Source: Escherichia coli (GTDB lineage: Bacteria > Pseudomonadota > Gammaproteobacteria > Enterobacterales > Enterobacteriaceae). Taken from it: a DNA stretch of 64,000 bases. The DNA is taken from the NCBI RefSeq assembly GCF_041248615.1, contig NZ_CP158426.1. One strand, 5' to 3'. A program made the translations under genes and the position numbers. Shown here one piece after another: positions 39,886 to 51,045 of this stretch. The notes beneath the pieces were generated by a model, which saw only the letters and a list, made by a program, of their open reading frames with translations, was not told the origin of the DNA and did no database searches. How positions within the stretch are numbered: the first letter of the stretch is position 1; each line of letters starts with the position of its first letter.

Positions 39886-42153
39886 ATGAAAGTATTAATT
39901 GTTGAAAGCGAGTTTCTCCATCAAGACACCTGGGTCGGTAACGCCGTTGAGCGTCTGGCTGATGCTTTAAGCCAGCAAAATGTTACCGTGATTAAATCCA
40001 CCTCCTTTGATGATGGTTTTGCCATTCTCTCTTCAAACGAAGCCATTGACTGCCTGATGTTCAGCTATCAAATGGAACATCCGGACGAACATCAAAACGT
40101 CAGACAATTGATCGGTAAGCTTCATGAGCGCCAACAAAACGTGCCGGTCTTCCTGTTGGGCGATCGGGAAAAAGCCCTCGCCGCAATGGACCGGGATCTG
40201 CTGGAGCTTGTCGATGAATTCGCCTGGATTCTGGAAGATACCGCCGACTTTATCGCCGGACGCGCCGTTGCCGCGATGACCCGCTACCGCCAGCAGCTGT
40301 TGCCGCCACTGTTTAGCGCGCTGATGAAATATAGCGACATCCATGAATATTCCTGGGCAGCACCAGGCCACCAGGGCGGCGTTGGTTTTACCAAAACACC
40401 CGCCGGACGTTTCTACCATGACTACTATGGTGAAAACCTGTTCCGCACCGACATGGGCATCGAACGAACTTCCCTCGGTTCTTTGCTTGACCATACTGGC
40501 GCATTTGGCGAAAGCGAAAAATATGCCGCACGCGTATTTGGTGCCGATCGCTCCTGGTCGGTAGTCGTCGGTACTTCCGGCTCTAACCGCACCATCATGC
40601 AGGCTTGCATGACCGATAACGATGTCGTGGTCGTTGACCGTAACTGCCATAAATCCATCGAACAAGGCTTGATGCTGACAGGCGCGAAACCGGTCTACAT
40701 GGTGCCAAGCCGCAACCGCTACGGCATTATCGGGCCAATCTATCCGCAGGAAATGCAACCTGAAACCTTGCAGAAGAAAATCAGTGAAAGCCCGCTGACT
40801 AAAGACAAAGCCGGGCAAAAACCGTCTTACTGCGTGGTGACCAACTGCACCTATGACGGCGTGTGTTATAACGCTAAAGAAGCGCAGGATCTGCTGGAAA
40901 AAACCTCCGATCGTCTGCACTTTGACGAAGCCTGGTACGGCTATGCACGTTTCAACCCGATCTATGCCGATCACTATGCCATGCGCGGCGAACCTGGCGA
41001 TCACAACGGTCCTACCGTTTTCGCCACCCACTCCACCCACAAACTGCTGAATGCGCTGTCACAGGCCTCTTATATTCATGTACGTGAAGGTCGTGGGGCG
41101 ATTAACTTCTCCCGCTTCAACCAGGCCTACATGATGCATGCCACCACCTCCCCGCTGTATGCCATCTGCGCATCCAACGACGTGGCGGTGTCGATGATGG
41201 ACGGCAACAGCGGCCTGTCACTGACTCAGGAAGTGATCGACGAAGCGGTTGATTTCCGTCAGGCGATGGCGCGGCTGTATAAAGAGTTCACCGCTGACGG
41301 TAGCTGGTTCTTCAAACCGTGGAACAAAGAAGTCGTCACCGACCCACAAACCGGCAAAACCTATGACTTTGCTGACGCACCAACCAAACTGCTGACCACC
41401 GTTCAGGACTGCTGGGTCATGCATCCGGGCGAAAGCTGGCACGGCTTCAAAGATATTCCGGATAACTGGAGTATGCTCGACCCAATTAAAGTCAGCATCC
41501 TTGCTCCGGGAATGGGTGAAGATGGTGAACTGGAAGAAACCGGTGTTCCGGCGGCGCTGGTCACTGCCTGGCTTGGTCGCCACGGCATTGTGCCTACCCG
41601 CACCACTGACTTCCAAATCATGTTCCTGTTCTCTATGGGCATAACCCGTGGGAAATGGGGGACTCTGGTTAACACCCTTTGCTCCTTCAAACGCCACTAT
41701 GACGCCAACACACCGCTGGCGCAGGTGATGCCGGAACTTGTTGAACAATATCCTGACACTTACGCGAACATGGGGATTCACGATCTGGGTGACACCATGT
41801 TTGCCTGGCTGAAAGAAAACAACCCTGGCGCACGGTTGAACGAAGCCTATTCCGGCCTGCCGGTGGCGGAAATCACCCCACGTGAAGCGTACAACGCGAT
41901 TGTCGACAACAATGTCGAACTGGTATCCATTGAAAACCTACCAGGACGCATCGCGGCAAACTCAGTTATCCCGTATCCGCCAGGAATCCCGATGCTGCTG
42001 TCTGGTGAAAACTTCGGCGATAAAAACAGTCCGCAAGTAAGTTATTTACGCTCGCTGCAATCCTGGGACCATCATTTCCCTGGATTTGAACACGAAACTG
42101 AAGGGACTGAAATTATTGACGGTATTTACCACGTTATGTGTGTGAAAGCGTAA
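39886..42153 (+). CDS. adiA: Biodegradative (acid-inducible) arginine decarboxylase AdiA
   Basis: ORF 39883..42153 (MMKVL…); 755-aa form from the second ATG; paralog of CadA. Confidence 0.95.
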   Translation: MKVLIVESEFLHQDTWVGNAVERLADALSQQNVTVIKSTSFDDGFAILSSNEAIDCLMFSYQMEHPDEHQNVRQLIGKLHERQQNVPVFLLGDREKALAAMDRDLLELVDEFAWILEDTADFIAGRAVAAMTRYRQQLLPPLFSALMKYSDIHEYSWAAPGHQGGVGFTKTPAGRFYHDYYGENLFRTDMGIERTSLGSLLDHTGAFGESEKYAARVFGADRSWSVVVGTSGSNRTIMQACMTDNDVVVVDRNCHKSIEQGLMLTGAKPVYMVPSRNRYGIIGPIYPQEMQPETLQKKISESPLTKDKAGQKPSYCVVTNCTYDGVCYNAKEAQDLLEKTSDRLHFDEAWYGYARFNPIYADHYAMRGEPGDHNGPTVFATHSTHKLLNALSQASYIHVREGRGAINFSRFNQAYMMHATTSPLYAICASNDVAVSMMDGNSGLSLTQEVIDEAVDFRQAMARLYKEFTADGSWFFKPWNKEVVTDPQTGKTYDFADAPTKLLTTVQDCWVMHPGESWHGFKDIPDNWSMLDPIKVSILAPGMGEDGELEETGVPAALVTAWLGRHGIVPTRTTDFQIMFLFSMGITRGKWGTLVNTLCSFKRHYDANTPLAQVMPELVEQYPDTYANMGIHDLGDTMFAWLKENNPGARLNEAYSGLPVAEITPREAYNAIVDNNVELVSIENLPGRIAANSVIPYPPGIPMLLSGENFGDKNSPQVSYLRSLQSWDHHFPGFEHETEGTEIIDGIYHVMCVKA

Positions 42154-42271
42154 CCACTATTCCGCTGAAGGCGTAATTGTTTAAATAACATTACGCCGCC
42201 TGGCTTGAGGCCTTTTAAGTATGGCAACGTTTTCATAAAAATTGCTGCAAACAAAAAATGTCATACTTTTT

Positions 42272-42298
42272 GCGCGGTCCCACCCCGCGCTTTTTTTT
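42272..42298 (+). terminator. Rho-independent terminator after adiA
   Basis: gcgcgg-tcccacc-ccgcgc stem-loop followed by tttttttt. Confidence 0.65.
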
Positions 42299-42478
42299 GT
42301 CTGTTATTTACCCTGTAAAAAAATATGTACATGAGAAATTACTATAAAAATTTGTAATATTAGTAAAACTCGTTATTTTTATGCATGTTTATATTCATCA
42401 TACAATTATATAACCATTTCCCGGTATCGCTTCGCTTTAGCGAGAACTGGTCTTTTATTCGCACTCAGGAGTACATGT

Positions 42479-43240
42479 ATGAGGATTTGCAGCGACCAAC
42501 CTTGTATTGTTTTATTGACTGAAAAAGATGTCTGGATAAGGGTGAATGGGAAAGAACCTATTAGCCTTAAAGCTAACCATATGGCGTTATTAAATTGTGA
42601 AAATAATATTATCGATGTCTCCTCTCTTAATAACACTTTGGTTGCTCATATTAGTCACGACATCATCAAAGATTACCTCCGGTTTCTGAATAAAGATCTC
42701 TCGCAAATACCAGTATGGCAACGTAGTGCTACGCCCATCCTCACCCTGCCATGCCTGACGCCAGACGTCTTTCGCGTTGCCGCGCAACATAGCATGATGC
42801 CCGCTGAAACTGAGTCAGAAAAGGAACGAACACGTGCATTATTATTCACTGTGCTATCCCGTTTTCTCGACAGTAAAAAATTCCTTTCACTAATGATGTA
42901 TATGTTACGTAATTGTGTAAGTGACAGCGTTTATCAAATTATTGAAAGCGATATCCACAAAGACTGGAATCTTAGTATGGTAGCCAGTTGTTTATGTCTT
43001 AGCCCGAGTCTGTTAAAGAAAAAGCTGAAAAGCGAAAACACCAGTTATAGCCAAATAATCACCACCTGCCGCATGCGTTATGCCGTAAATGAATTAATGA
43101 TGGACGGTAAAAATATCTCTCAGGTATCACAATCCTGCGGCTACAACAGTACGTCGTACTTTATTTCTGTCTTTAAAGACTTCTACGGTATGACGCCTCT
43201 GCATTATGTTAGTCAGCACAGAGAACGCACTGTCGCCTGA
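42479..43240 (+). CDS. adiY: AraC-family regulator AdiY
   Basis: 253-aa ORF MRICSDQPCIVLLTEKDVWIRVNGKEPISLKANH…. Confidence 0.93.
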   Translation: MRICSDQPCIVLLTEKDVWIRVNGKEPISLKANHMALLNCENNIIDVSSLNNTLVAHISHDIIKDYLRFLNKDLSQIPVWQRSATPILTLPCLTPDVFRVAAQHSMMPAETESEKERTRALLFTVLSRFLDSKKFLSLMMYMLRNCVSDSVYQIIESDIHKDWNLSMVASCLCLSPSLLKKKLKSENTSYSQIITTCRMRYAVNELMMDGKNISQVSQSCGYNSTSYFISVFKDFYGMTPLHYVSQHRERTVA

Positions 43241-43376
43241 TTTTTAACCTTAACGAAGAGCTATATTAATAACGGCATCAGCGATAACCCGGTCGATAAT
43301 AATTCAACTATCGAATGCAGGCGTATGATATGACGTAATTTATTGTCACGAAGCTCGCCTTCGCAGGAGTTTAATT

Positions 43377-44714
43377 ATGTCTTCGGATGCTGATGCTCAC
43401 AAAGTGGGCTTAATCCCCGTCACCCTGATGGTGTCGGGGAATATTATGGGGTCAGGTGTTTTTCTGTTACCTGCAAACCTGGCCTCCACTGGCGGGATTG
43501 CCATTTATGGATGGTTGGTGACGATTATCGGTGCGCTGGGGCTCTCGATGGTATACGCCAAAATGTCGTTCCTCGACCCAAGTCCTGGTGGTTCTTACGC
43601 TTACGCCCGCCGCTGCTTTGGGCCGTTTCTCGGTTATCAAACCAACGTCCTCTACTGGCTGGCCTGCTGGATCGGCAATATCGCCATGGTGGTCATTGGC
43701 GTAGGTTATTTAAGTTACTTCTTCCCGATTCTGAAAGATCCATTGGTATTAACCATCACCTGCGTCGTGGTGCTGTGGATCTTCGTCCTGCTGAACATTG
43801 TCGGTCCGAAAATGATCACCCGCGTGCAGGCCGTTGCCACCGTGCTGGCGCTGATCCCCATCGTCGGGATTGCCGTATTTGGCTGGTTCTGGTTCCGTGG
43901 TGAAACCTATATGGCGGCATGGAACGTCAGCGGCCTGGGCACCTTCGGCGCGATTCAAAGTACCCTTAACGTTACGCTGTGGTCGTTCATCGGTGTGGAA
44001 AGTGCCTCCGTTGCCGCAGGTGTGGTGAAAAACCCGAAACGCAACGTCCCTATCGCCACCATTGGTGGGGTATTGATTGCCGCCGTTTGCTATGTGCTCT
44101 CCACCACCGCGATTATGGGGATGATCCCTAATGCCGCACTGCGCGTTTCTGCCTCGCCATTCGGTGATGCCGCACGGATGGCGTTGGGTGACACCGCCGG
44201 GGCCATTGTTTCCTTCTGCGCAGCTGCGGGTTGCTTAGGTTCACTGGGCGGCTGGACATTGCTGGCGGGTCAAACGGCGAAAGCCGCTGCCGATGACGGA
44301 CTGTTCCCACCAATTTTTGCCCGTGTAAATAAAGCGGGCACGCCAGTGGCGGGGCTGATTATCGTCGGTATTTTGATGACCATCTTCCAGCTCAGCAGCA
44401 TTTCACCAAACGCGACCAAAGAGTTCGGTCTGGTTTCTTCCGTCTCGGTCATCTTTACACTGGTGCCATATCTTTACACCTGTGCGGCGTTACTGCTGCT
44501 CGGCCACGGTCACTTTGGTAAAGCACGTCCGGTATATCTGGCAGTTACTACCATTGCCTTCCTCTACTGCATCTGGGCCGTGGTGGGGTCCGGGGCGAAA
44601 GAGGTTATGTGGTCATTTGTCACCCTGATGGTCATCACCGCCATGTATGCGCTGAATTACAACCGGCTGCATAAAAACCCGTATCCCTTAGATGCACCAA
44701 TAAGCAAAGATTAA
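43377..44714 (+). CDS. adiC: Arginine:agmatine antiporter AdiC
   Basis: 445-aa [43 protein letters not shown]…; paralog of CadB. Confidence 0.95.
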   Translation: MSSDADAHKVGLIPVTLMVSGNIMGSGVFLLPANLASTGGIAIYGWLVTIIGALGLSMVYAKMSFLDPSPGGSYAYARRCFGPFLGYQTNVLYWLACWIGNIAMVVIGVGYLSYFFPILKDPLVLTITCVVVLWIFVLLNIVGPKMITRVQAVATVLALIPIVGIAVFGWFWFRGETYMAAWNVSGLGTFGAIQSTLNVTLWSFIGVESASVAAGVVKNPKRNVPIATIGGVLIAAVCYVLSTTAIMGMIPNAALRVSASPFGDAARMALGDTAGAIVSFCAAAGCLGSLGGWTLLAGQTAKAAADDGLFPPIFARVNKAGTPVAGLIIVGILMTIFQLSSISPNATKEFGLVSSVSVIFTLVPYLYTCAALLLLGHGHFGKARPVYLAVTTIAFLYCIWAVVGSGAKEVMWSFVTLMVITAMYALNYNRLHKNPYPLDAPISKD

Positions 44715-44754
44715 TTCCCCTTAATCCAGCAAACATAAAAGCCAACCTTAAGAA

Positions 44755-44771
44755 CTTAAGGTTGGCTTAAT
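44755..44771 (+). promoter_or_regulatory. PmrA (BasR) box CTTAAG-N5-CTTAAT upstream of eptA
   Basis: cttaag gttgg cttaat read directly 47-63 bp upstream of eptA ATG; first half-site lies inside the palindrome aagccaaccttaagaacttaaggttggctt (44739-44768), which could also act as the adiC terminator. Confidence 0.65.
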
Positions 44772-44817
44772 TTTGCTTTGCGAGCATATGCGCACTTTGT
44801 TCGATGGAAACACCGTG

Positions 44818-46461
44818 ATGTTGAAGCGCCTACTAAAAAGACCCTCTTTGAATTTACTCGCCTGGCTATTATTGGCCGCTTTTTATATCTCTATCTGCCT
44901 GAATATTGCCTTTTTTAAACAGGTGTTGCAGGCGCTGCCGCTGGACTCGCTGCATAACGTACTGGTTTTCTTGTCGATGCCGGTCGTCGCCTTCAGCGTG
45001 ATTAATATTGTCCTGACACTAAGCTCTTTCTTATGGCTTAATCGACCGCTGGCCTGCCTGTTTATTCTGGTCGGCGCGGCTGCACAATATTTCATAATGA
45101 CTTACGGCATCGTCATCGACCGCTCGATGATTGCCAATATTATTGATACCACTCCGGCAGAAAGTTATGCGTTGATGACGCCGCAAATGTTATTAACGCT
45201 GGGATTCAGCGGCGTGCTTGCTGCGCTGATTGCCTGCTGGATTAAAATCAAACCAGCCACCTCGCGCCTGCGCAGTGTTCTTTTCCGTGGTGCCAATATT
45301 CTGGTTTCTGTACTGCTGATTTTGCTGGTCGCCGCACTGTTTTATAAAGACTACGCCTCGTTGTTTCGCAATAACAAAGAGCTGGTGAAATCCTTAAGCC
45401 CCTCTAACAGCATTGTTGCCAGCTGGTCATGGTACTCCCATCAGCGACTGGCAAATCTGCCGCTGGTGCGAATTGGTGAAGACGCGCACCGCAACCCATT
45501 AATGCAGAAAGAGAAACGTAAAAATTTGACCATCCTGATTGTCGGCGAAACCTCGCGGGCGGAGAACTTCTCCCTCAATGGCTATCCGCGTGAAACTAAC
45601 CCGCGGCTGGCAAAAGATAACGTGGTCTATTTCCCTAATACCGCATCTTGCGGCACGGCAACGGCAGTTTCAGTACCGTGCATGTTCTCGGATATGCCGC
45701 GTGAGCACTACAAAGAAGAGCTGGCACAGCACCAGGAAGGCGTGCTGGATATCATTCAGCGAGCGGGCATCAACGTGCTGTGGAAAGACAACGATGGCGG
45801 CTGTAAAGGCGTTTGCGATCGCGTACCTCACCAGAACGTCACCGCGCTGAACCTGCCTGGTCAGTGCATCAACGGCGAATGCTATGACGAAGTGCTGTTC
45901 CACGGGCTGGAAGAGTACATCAATAACCTGCAGGGTGATGGCGTGATTGTCTTACACACCATCGGCAGCCACGGTCCGACCTATTACAACCGCTATCCGC
46001 CGCAGTTCAGGAAATTTACCCCAACCTGCGACACTAACGAGATCCAGACCTGTACCAAAGAGCAACTGGTGAACACTTACGACAACACGCTGGTTTACGT
46101 CGACTATATTGTTGATAAAGCGATTAATCTGCTGAAAGAACATCAGGATAAATTCACCACCAGCCTGGTTTATCTTTCTGACCACGGTGAGTCGTTAGGT
46201 GAAAATGGCATCTATCTGCACGGTCTGCCTTATGCCATCGCCCCGGATAGCCAAAAACAGGTACCAATGCTGCTGTGGCTGTCGGAGGATTATCAAAAAC
46301 GGTATCAGGTTGACCAGAACTGCCTGCAAAAACAGGCGCAAACGCAACACTATTCACAAGATAATTTATTCTCCACGCTATTGGGATTAACTGGCGTTGA
46401 GACGAAGTATTACCAGGCTGCGGATGATATTCTGCAAACTTGCAGGAGAGTGAGTGAATGA
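44818..46461 (+). CDS. eptA: Lipid A phosphoethanolamine transferase EptA (PmrC)
   Basis: ORF 44773..46461; 547-aa protein from ATG 44818 ([29 protein letters not shown]…). Confidence 0.93.
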   Translation: MLKRLLKRPSLNLLAWLLLAAFYISICLNIAFFKQVLQALPLDSLHNVLVFLSMPVVAFSVINIVLTLSSFLWLNRPLACLFILVGAAAQYFIMTYGIVIDRSMIANIIDTTPAESYALMTPQMLLTLGFSGVLAALIACWIKIKPATSRLRSVLFRGANILVSVLLILLVAALFYKDYASLFRNNKELVKSLSPSNSIVASWSWYSHQRLANLPLVRIGEDAHRNPLMQKEKRKNLTILIVGETSRAENFSLNGYPRETNPRLAKDNVVYFPNTASCGTATAVSVPCMFSDMPREHYKEELAQHQEGVLDIIQRAGINVLWKDNDGGCKGVCDRVPHQNVTALNLPGQCINGECYDEVLFHGLEEYINNLQGDGVIVLHTIGSHGPTYYNRYPPQFRKFTPTCDTNEIQTCTKEQLVNTYDNTLVYVDYIVDKAINLLKEHQDKFTTSLVYLSDHGESLGENGIYLHGLPYAIAPDSQKQVPMLLWLSEDYQKRYQVDQNCLQKQAQTQHYSQDNLFSTLLGLTGVETKYYQAADDILQTCRRVSE

Positions 46462-47126
46462 AAATTCTGATTGTTGAAGACGATACGCTGTTATTGCAGG
46501 GATTGATTCTGGCGGCGCAAACCGAAGGCTACGCGTGCGATGGCGTGACAACCGCGCGGATGGCGGAACAAAGCCTTGAGGCCGGTCATTACAGCCTGGT
46601 GGTACTGGATTTAGGGTTACCCGACGAAGATGGACTGCATTTTCTCGCCCGTATCCGGCAGAAAAAATACACCCTGCCGGTACTGATCCTCACCGCTCGC
46701 GATACGCTGACCGACAAAATCGCCGGGCTGGATGTCGGTGCCGATGACTATCTGGTGAAGCCTTTTGCGCTGGAAGAGTTACACGCCCGTATCCGCGCCC
46801 TGCTACGACGCCATAATAATCAGGGCGAAAGTGAGCTGATTGTTGGCAATCTGACGCTGAATATGGGTCGCCGTCAGGTATGGATGGGCGGTGAAGAGTT
46901 GATTCTGACGCCCAAAGAATATGCTCTGCTGTCGCGCCTGATGCTTAAAGCAGGCAGCCCGGTGCATCGGGAAATTCTCTACAACGACATCTATAACTGG
47001 GACAATGAACCCTCGACCAACACCCTGGAAGTGCATATCCACAATCTGCGCGACAAAGTGGGCAAAGCCCGTATCCGCACCGTGCGCGGCTTTGGCTATA
47101 TGCTGGTCGCAAATGAGGAAAACTAA
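46458..47126 (+). CDS. basR: Response regulator BasR (PmrA)
   Basis: 222-aa [37 protein letters not shown]…; overlaps eptA stop. Confidence 0.95.
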   Translation: MKILIVEDDTLLLQGLILAAQTEGYACDGVTTARMAEQSLEAGHYSLVVLDLGLPDEDGLHFLARIRQKKYTLPVLILTARDTLTDKIAGLDVGADDYLVKPFALEELHARIRALLRRHNNQGESELIVGNLTLNMGRRQVWMGGEELILTPKEYALLSRLMLKAGSPVHREILYNDIYNWDNEPSTNTLEVHIHNLRDKVGKARIRTVRGFGYMLVANEEN

Positions 47127-47135
47127 TTGAATCTG

Positions 47136-48227
47136 ATGCGTTTTCTGCGCCGACCAATATCGCTGCGCCAACGGCTGATATTGACCATCGGGGCCATTTT
47201 GTTGGTGTTTGAGCTGATCAGCGTCTTCTGGCTATGGCATGAAAGTACCGAGCAGATTCAGCTGTTTGAGCAGGCGCTACGCGACAATCGCAACAACGAT
47301 CGCCACATCATGCGTGAGATCCGCGAGGCGGTCGCCAGCCTGATCGTCCCCGGCGTCTTTATGGTCAGCCTGACTCTATTTATCTGCTATCAGGCGGTAC
47401 GCCGCATCACCCGGCCGCTGGCGGAGCTGCAAAAAGAGCTGGAAGCGCGCACCGCCGACAACTTAACGCCTATTGCCATTCACAGCGCCACCCTCGAAAT
47501 CGAAGCGGTGGTTTCGGCGTTGAACGATCTGGTCAGTCGCCTGACCAGCACGCTGGATAACGAAAGGTTGTTTACTGCTGACGTCGCGCACGAACTGCGA
47601 ACGCCACTGGCGGGGGTGCGTTTGCATCTGGAACTGCTGGCGAAAACGCATCACATTGATGTAGCACCGTTAGTGGCACGGCTTGATCAGATGATGGAGA
47701 GCGTCTCCCAGCTGCTGCAACTGGCGCGTGCCGGACAGTCATTTTCTTCCGGGAATTATCAACATGTAAAACTGCTGGAAGATGTCATTCTCCCCTCGTA
47801 TGACGAACTCAGTACCATGCTCGACCAGCGACAGCAAACCCTGCTATTGCCAGAGAGCGCCGCCGACATCACCGTTCAGGGTGATGCAACCCTGCTGCGG
47901 ATGTTATTGCGAAACCTGGTAGAAAACGCCCATCGTTACAGCCCGCAAGGCAGCAACATTATGATTAAGCTGCAAGAAGATGGCGGAGCGGTCATGGCCG
48001 TTGAAGATGAAGGACCGGGTATTGATGAGAGTAAATGCGGGGAGTTGAGTAAAGCGTTTGTACGTATGGACAGCCGTTATGGCGGGATTGGTCTGGGGTT
48101 AAGTATTGTCAGCCGCATTACACAGTTGCATCACGGGCAGTTTTTCCTGCAAAACCGGCAAGAGACTTCCGGCACGCGGGCCTGGGTACGGCTGAAGAAA
48201 GATCAGTACGTGGTAAACCAGATATAA
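47136..48227 (+). CDS. basS: Sensor histidine kinase BasS (PmrB)
   Basis: ORF 47127..48227 (track starts at TTG); ATG at 47136 gives a 363-aa kinase (MRFLRRPISLRQRLILTIGAILLVFELISV…). Confidence 0.9.
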   Translation: MRFLRRPISLRQRLILTIGAILLVFELISVFWLWHESTEQIQLFEQALRDNRNNDRHIMREIREAVASLIVPGVFMVSLTLFICYQAVRRITRPLAELQKELEARTADNLTPIAIHSATLEIEAVVSALNDLVSRLTSTLDNERLFTADVAHELRTPLAGVRLHLELLAKTHHIDVAPLVARLDQMMESVSQLLQLARAGQSFSSGNYQHVKLLEDVILPSYDELSTMLDQRQQTLLLPESAADITVQGDATLLRMLLRNLVENAHRYSPQGSNIMIKLQEDGGAVMAVEDEGPGIDESKCGELSKAFVRMDSRYGGIGLGLSIVSRITQLHHGQFFLQNRQETSGTRAWVRLKKDQYVVNQI

Positions 48228-48292
48228 AGAAAGCTGCTGACCACCAGCACGCTGAACACGGTAGTTAAACTTTCATAAACACGGTTTTTCAT
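48203..48292 (-). CDS. pmrR: Small membrane protein PmrR (29 aa), antisense-overlapping the 3' end of basS
   Basis: Hand translation of minus strand from ATG 48292: MKNRVYESLTTVFSVLVVSSFLYIWFTTY*; preceded by GGAGGAGAG and a PmrA box; not in ORF track. Confidence 0.75.
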   Translation of the reverse strand: MKNRVYESLTTVFSVLVVSSFLYIWFTTY

Positions 48293-48336
48293 TGCACTCT
48301 CCTCCGTTAACCTGGAGGAGAGTATGCGCGTCAGAG

Positions 48337-48353
48337 ATTAAGTGAACCTTAAG
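48337..48353 (-). promoter_or_regulatory. PmrA (BasR) box CTTAAG-N5-CTTAAT upstream of pmrR
   Basis: Reverse complement of 48337-48353 reads cttaag gttca cttaat, the same motif as upstream of eptA; 45-60 bp upstream of pmrR ATG. Confidence 0.6.
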
Positions 48354-48400
48354 ACTTCAATTGGCCTGATAAGACAGCGTCTCAGGCCATCCGTTTCAGC

Positions 48401-49903
48401 TTATTCATCAATTCGCGGATGTTGCTGCACCAGGCGGGTACGTTTCGCCTGCAAATCGGCAATCTCGTGGTCAATATCATCGATTTTCTGCTCGATATTA
48501 TCGTAATGCTCGACGAGAATTTCCTTCGCTTCCTGTATATCTGACGCCGCCGGTGTCGCACCTTTCAACGGACGATTTGCCGTCTCTTTCATGGTTACGC
48601 CGGTGATTAAACCAACCACCGCCACTACCATCAGGTAATAGGCAGGCATCATCAGATTCTGCGAGCTTTCGACCAGCCAGGCCGCCAGTGTTGGCGTCAG
48701 ACCGGCAACCAGCACCGAAATATTAAATGCCGCCGCCAGCGCGCTGTATCGGATATGCGTCGGGAACATCGCTGGCAAGGTAGAAGCCATAACGCCCGTA
48801 AAGCAGTTAAGGATCACCGCCAGCATCAGTAACCCGGCAAAAATCAGGCCGATGACGTTACTGTTAATCAGAATAAACGCCGGGATCGCCAACACAAACA
48901 GTGCAACACTACCAAGTAGCACAAACGGACGACGGCCAAAACGGTCACTCAGCAAGCCCATCACCGGCTGGACAAACAGCATACCGATCATAATGGCGAT
49001 AATAATCAGCACCCCGTGGTCTTCGGAGTAATGCAGGTTATGCGACAAATAACTCGGCATATAGGTCAGCAACATGTAGTAAGTCACGTTGGTGGCAATT
49101 ACCAGACCAATACACGTCAACAGGCTGCGCCAGTGTTTGGTGGCAATCTCTTTAAACGAGACTTTCGGGCCATCCTGCAAACCTTCGCGGTCGCCCTGTT
49201 CCAGTTTATCAACATGCTGCTGGAACGCCGGAGTCTCTTCCAGCGCATGGCGCAGGTAAAGCCCGATAATCCCTAACGGCAGAGCAATAAAGAACGGAAT
49301 ACGCCAGCCCCAGTCGAGGAAGTTCGCTTCGCCGACAATGGTCGAAATTAACACCACCACGCCCGCACCCAGCACAAACCCGGCAATAGAACCGAAGTCC
49401 AGCCAGCTGCCCATAAAGCCACGTTTACGGTCAGGGGAGTATTCCGCAACAAATATCGACGCCCCGGTATATTCACCGCCGACCGAGAACCCTTGTGCCA
49501 TCTTACAGATCAACAGCAGAATCGGTGCCCAAATACCAATCGTGTCGTAGGACGGTATTAAGCCAATACAGAAGGTACTGATCGACATAATCACAATAGT
49601 GATAGCGAGGATCTTCTGGCGACCATATTTATCGCCCAACATACCAAAGAAGAGTCCGCCAAGCGGTCGAATCAGAAAGGGAACGGAGAAAGTGGCAAGT
49701 GCAGCAACCATCTGCACGCTGGGGTCAGCCCCCGGGAAAAAAACTTTACCTAATGCGTAAGCAACAAAACCATAAACACCAAAATCGAACCATTCCATTG
49801 CATTACCCAGTGATGCTGCGGTAATGGCTTTACGCAGTTTACCGTCATCAATAATAGTGACATCACGAAGGGTAATTGGTTTTACTTTTTTCCTTTTCAG
49901 CAT
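48401..49903 (-). CDS. proP: Proline/glycine-betaine:H+ symporter ProP (osmosensing MFS transporter)
   Basis: ORF 48401..49936; 500-aa protein from ATG 49903 (MLKRKKVKPITLRDVTIIDDGKLRK…) with C-terminal coiled-coil tail. Confidence 0.95.
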   Translation of the reverse strand: MLKRKKVKPITLRDVTIIDDGKLRKAITAASLGNAMEWFDFGVYGFVAYALGKVFFPGADPSVQMVAALATFSVPFLIRPLGGLFFGMLGDKYGRQKILAITIVIMSISTFCIGLIPSYDTIGIWAPILLLICKMAQGFSVGGEYTGASIFVAEYSPDRKRGFMGSWLDFGSIAGFVLGAGVVVLISTIVGEANFLDWGWRIPFFIALPLGIIGLYLRHALEETPAFQQHVDKLEQGDREGLQDGPKVSFKEIATKHWRSLLTCIGLVIATNVTYYMLLTYMPSYLSHNLHYSEDHGVLIIIAIMIGMLFVQPVMGLLSDRFGRRPFVLLGSVALFVLAIPAFILINSNVIGLIFAGLLMLAVILNCFTGVMASTLPAMFPTHIRYSALAAAFNISVLVAGLTPTLAAWLVESSQNLMMPAYYLMVVAVVGLITGVTMKETANRPLKGATPAASDIQEAKEILVEHYDNIEQKIDDIDHEIADLQAKRTRLVQQHPRIDE

Positions 49904-50166
49904 AGCTTTCCTCGCAGAGTTGGCCCATTTCCGCAAACGCCAGAAAAATCAGCGCGACGGCCGCAAAAGGGGAGCGGGAATTGCAGGATGCAATCTCTGT
50001 AACAAGCGTAGCGGGTTTGCTTACACCCTCCGGTTAAGGAATGTACAATCAAACCAGTTGACGCCTGAATTGGGCAGTTAATGACCTTTTTACCCTACCA
50101 GTGTTTAAATTTGTGATCAACTTCACACATGGATTTCGTTTAGGACTCATTGATGTAACTGATTAT

Positions 50167-51045
50167 TTACACCAAATTTACAGAGAAGATTTCCTCGACC
50201 ATTGCCCCCGCCAGACGCTGCGCTGAACAGAGTCGTGGCATCCCCAGCGCGACAGTTTGCCAGCGTTGGGTCACTGACCAGCAAACGGGTTGTTTATCTG
50301 CCGTGGTCCACTTTCCCAGCCAACTTAAAAAATCAGCATGATCCCCGCCCGTCGGAATGGTCGAAGAGGCAAACCACTGATGGTAATAGTGACGCGTGGT
50401 CGGTGCCGCATTGATACTCTCTGCCAGATGTTGTGTCGCTTTCTCGCGCAAATCACCCAGCAACAACGCCACCGCTTGCGGGCTTCCCAGACGGCAGGCA
50501 TCGCCAAATGCCCCCCAGCGCAACTCCTCCAGAACGATAAAGCAGCGCCCAGGCAACGACCAGGCGTTATACGCCCCAGCACGCCAGCGGGTAAAAATTT
50601 GCTCGCTCTGATCACCCGCCTGCACCAGTAGGCCTCGTTGCGTTAACGCCTTTTCCTTCCAGCGACAACGGGCTGAAAACCACTCATACAAGGCGGCAAT
50701 TTGCTGGGGGAGCTCAGGGAAAGCAGAGTGCTGGCGGTGATCCATTTTTTGCAGCAGCGCCAGATGTTGCGCGATCTGCGTCAGCGCCAGATGACCGGGA
50801 TCCAGCATCGAAGCCAGTTTTTCCACCAATGTCAGACGCAGGCTAAGCGGCGCATTTAACATCCCGCCGTTCGTCCATGCCTGAAGCTGCACACGCGCAA
50901 GAAGTTCCTGCATCAGTCGTTCACGAAACTGCTGCTGATGGGCTTGTGGATGGCGGGCATCATCGCCCTGCGCCAGATCCACTAAAAAGCGCGGATGAAC
51001 CGACTCCAGCACGCGACCGGGGCCGTCCAGTAACGTCTTGGTCAA
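50167..51045 (-). CDS. yjcZ: YjcZ, partner protein encoded immediately downstream of crfC
   Basis: 292-aa ORF MTKTLLDGPGRVLESVHPRFLVDLAQGDDARHPQ…; 4-bp overlap with crfC stop. Confidence 0.85.
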   Translation of the reverse strand: MTKTLLDGPGRVLESVHPRFLVDLAQGDDARHPQAHQQQFRERLMQELLARVQLQAWTNGGMLNAPLSLRLTLVEKLASMLDPGHLALTQIAQHLALLQKMDHRQHSAFPELPQQIAALYEWFSARCRWKEKALTQRGLLVQAGDQSEQIFTRWRAGAYNAWSLPGRCFIVLEELRWGAFGDACRLGSPQAVALLLGDLREKATQHLAESINAAPTTRHYYHQWFASSTIPTGGDHADFLSWLGKWTTADKQPVCWSVTQRWQTVALGMPRLCSAQRLAGAMVEEIFSVNLV

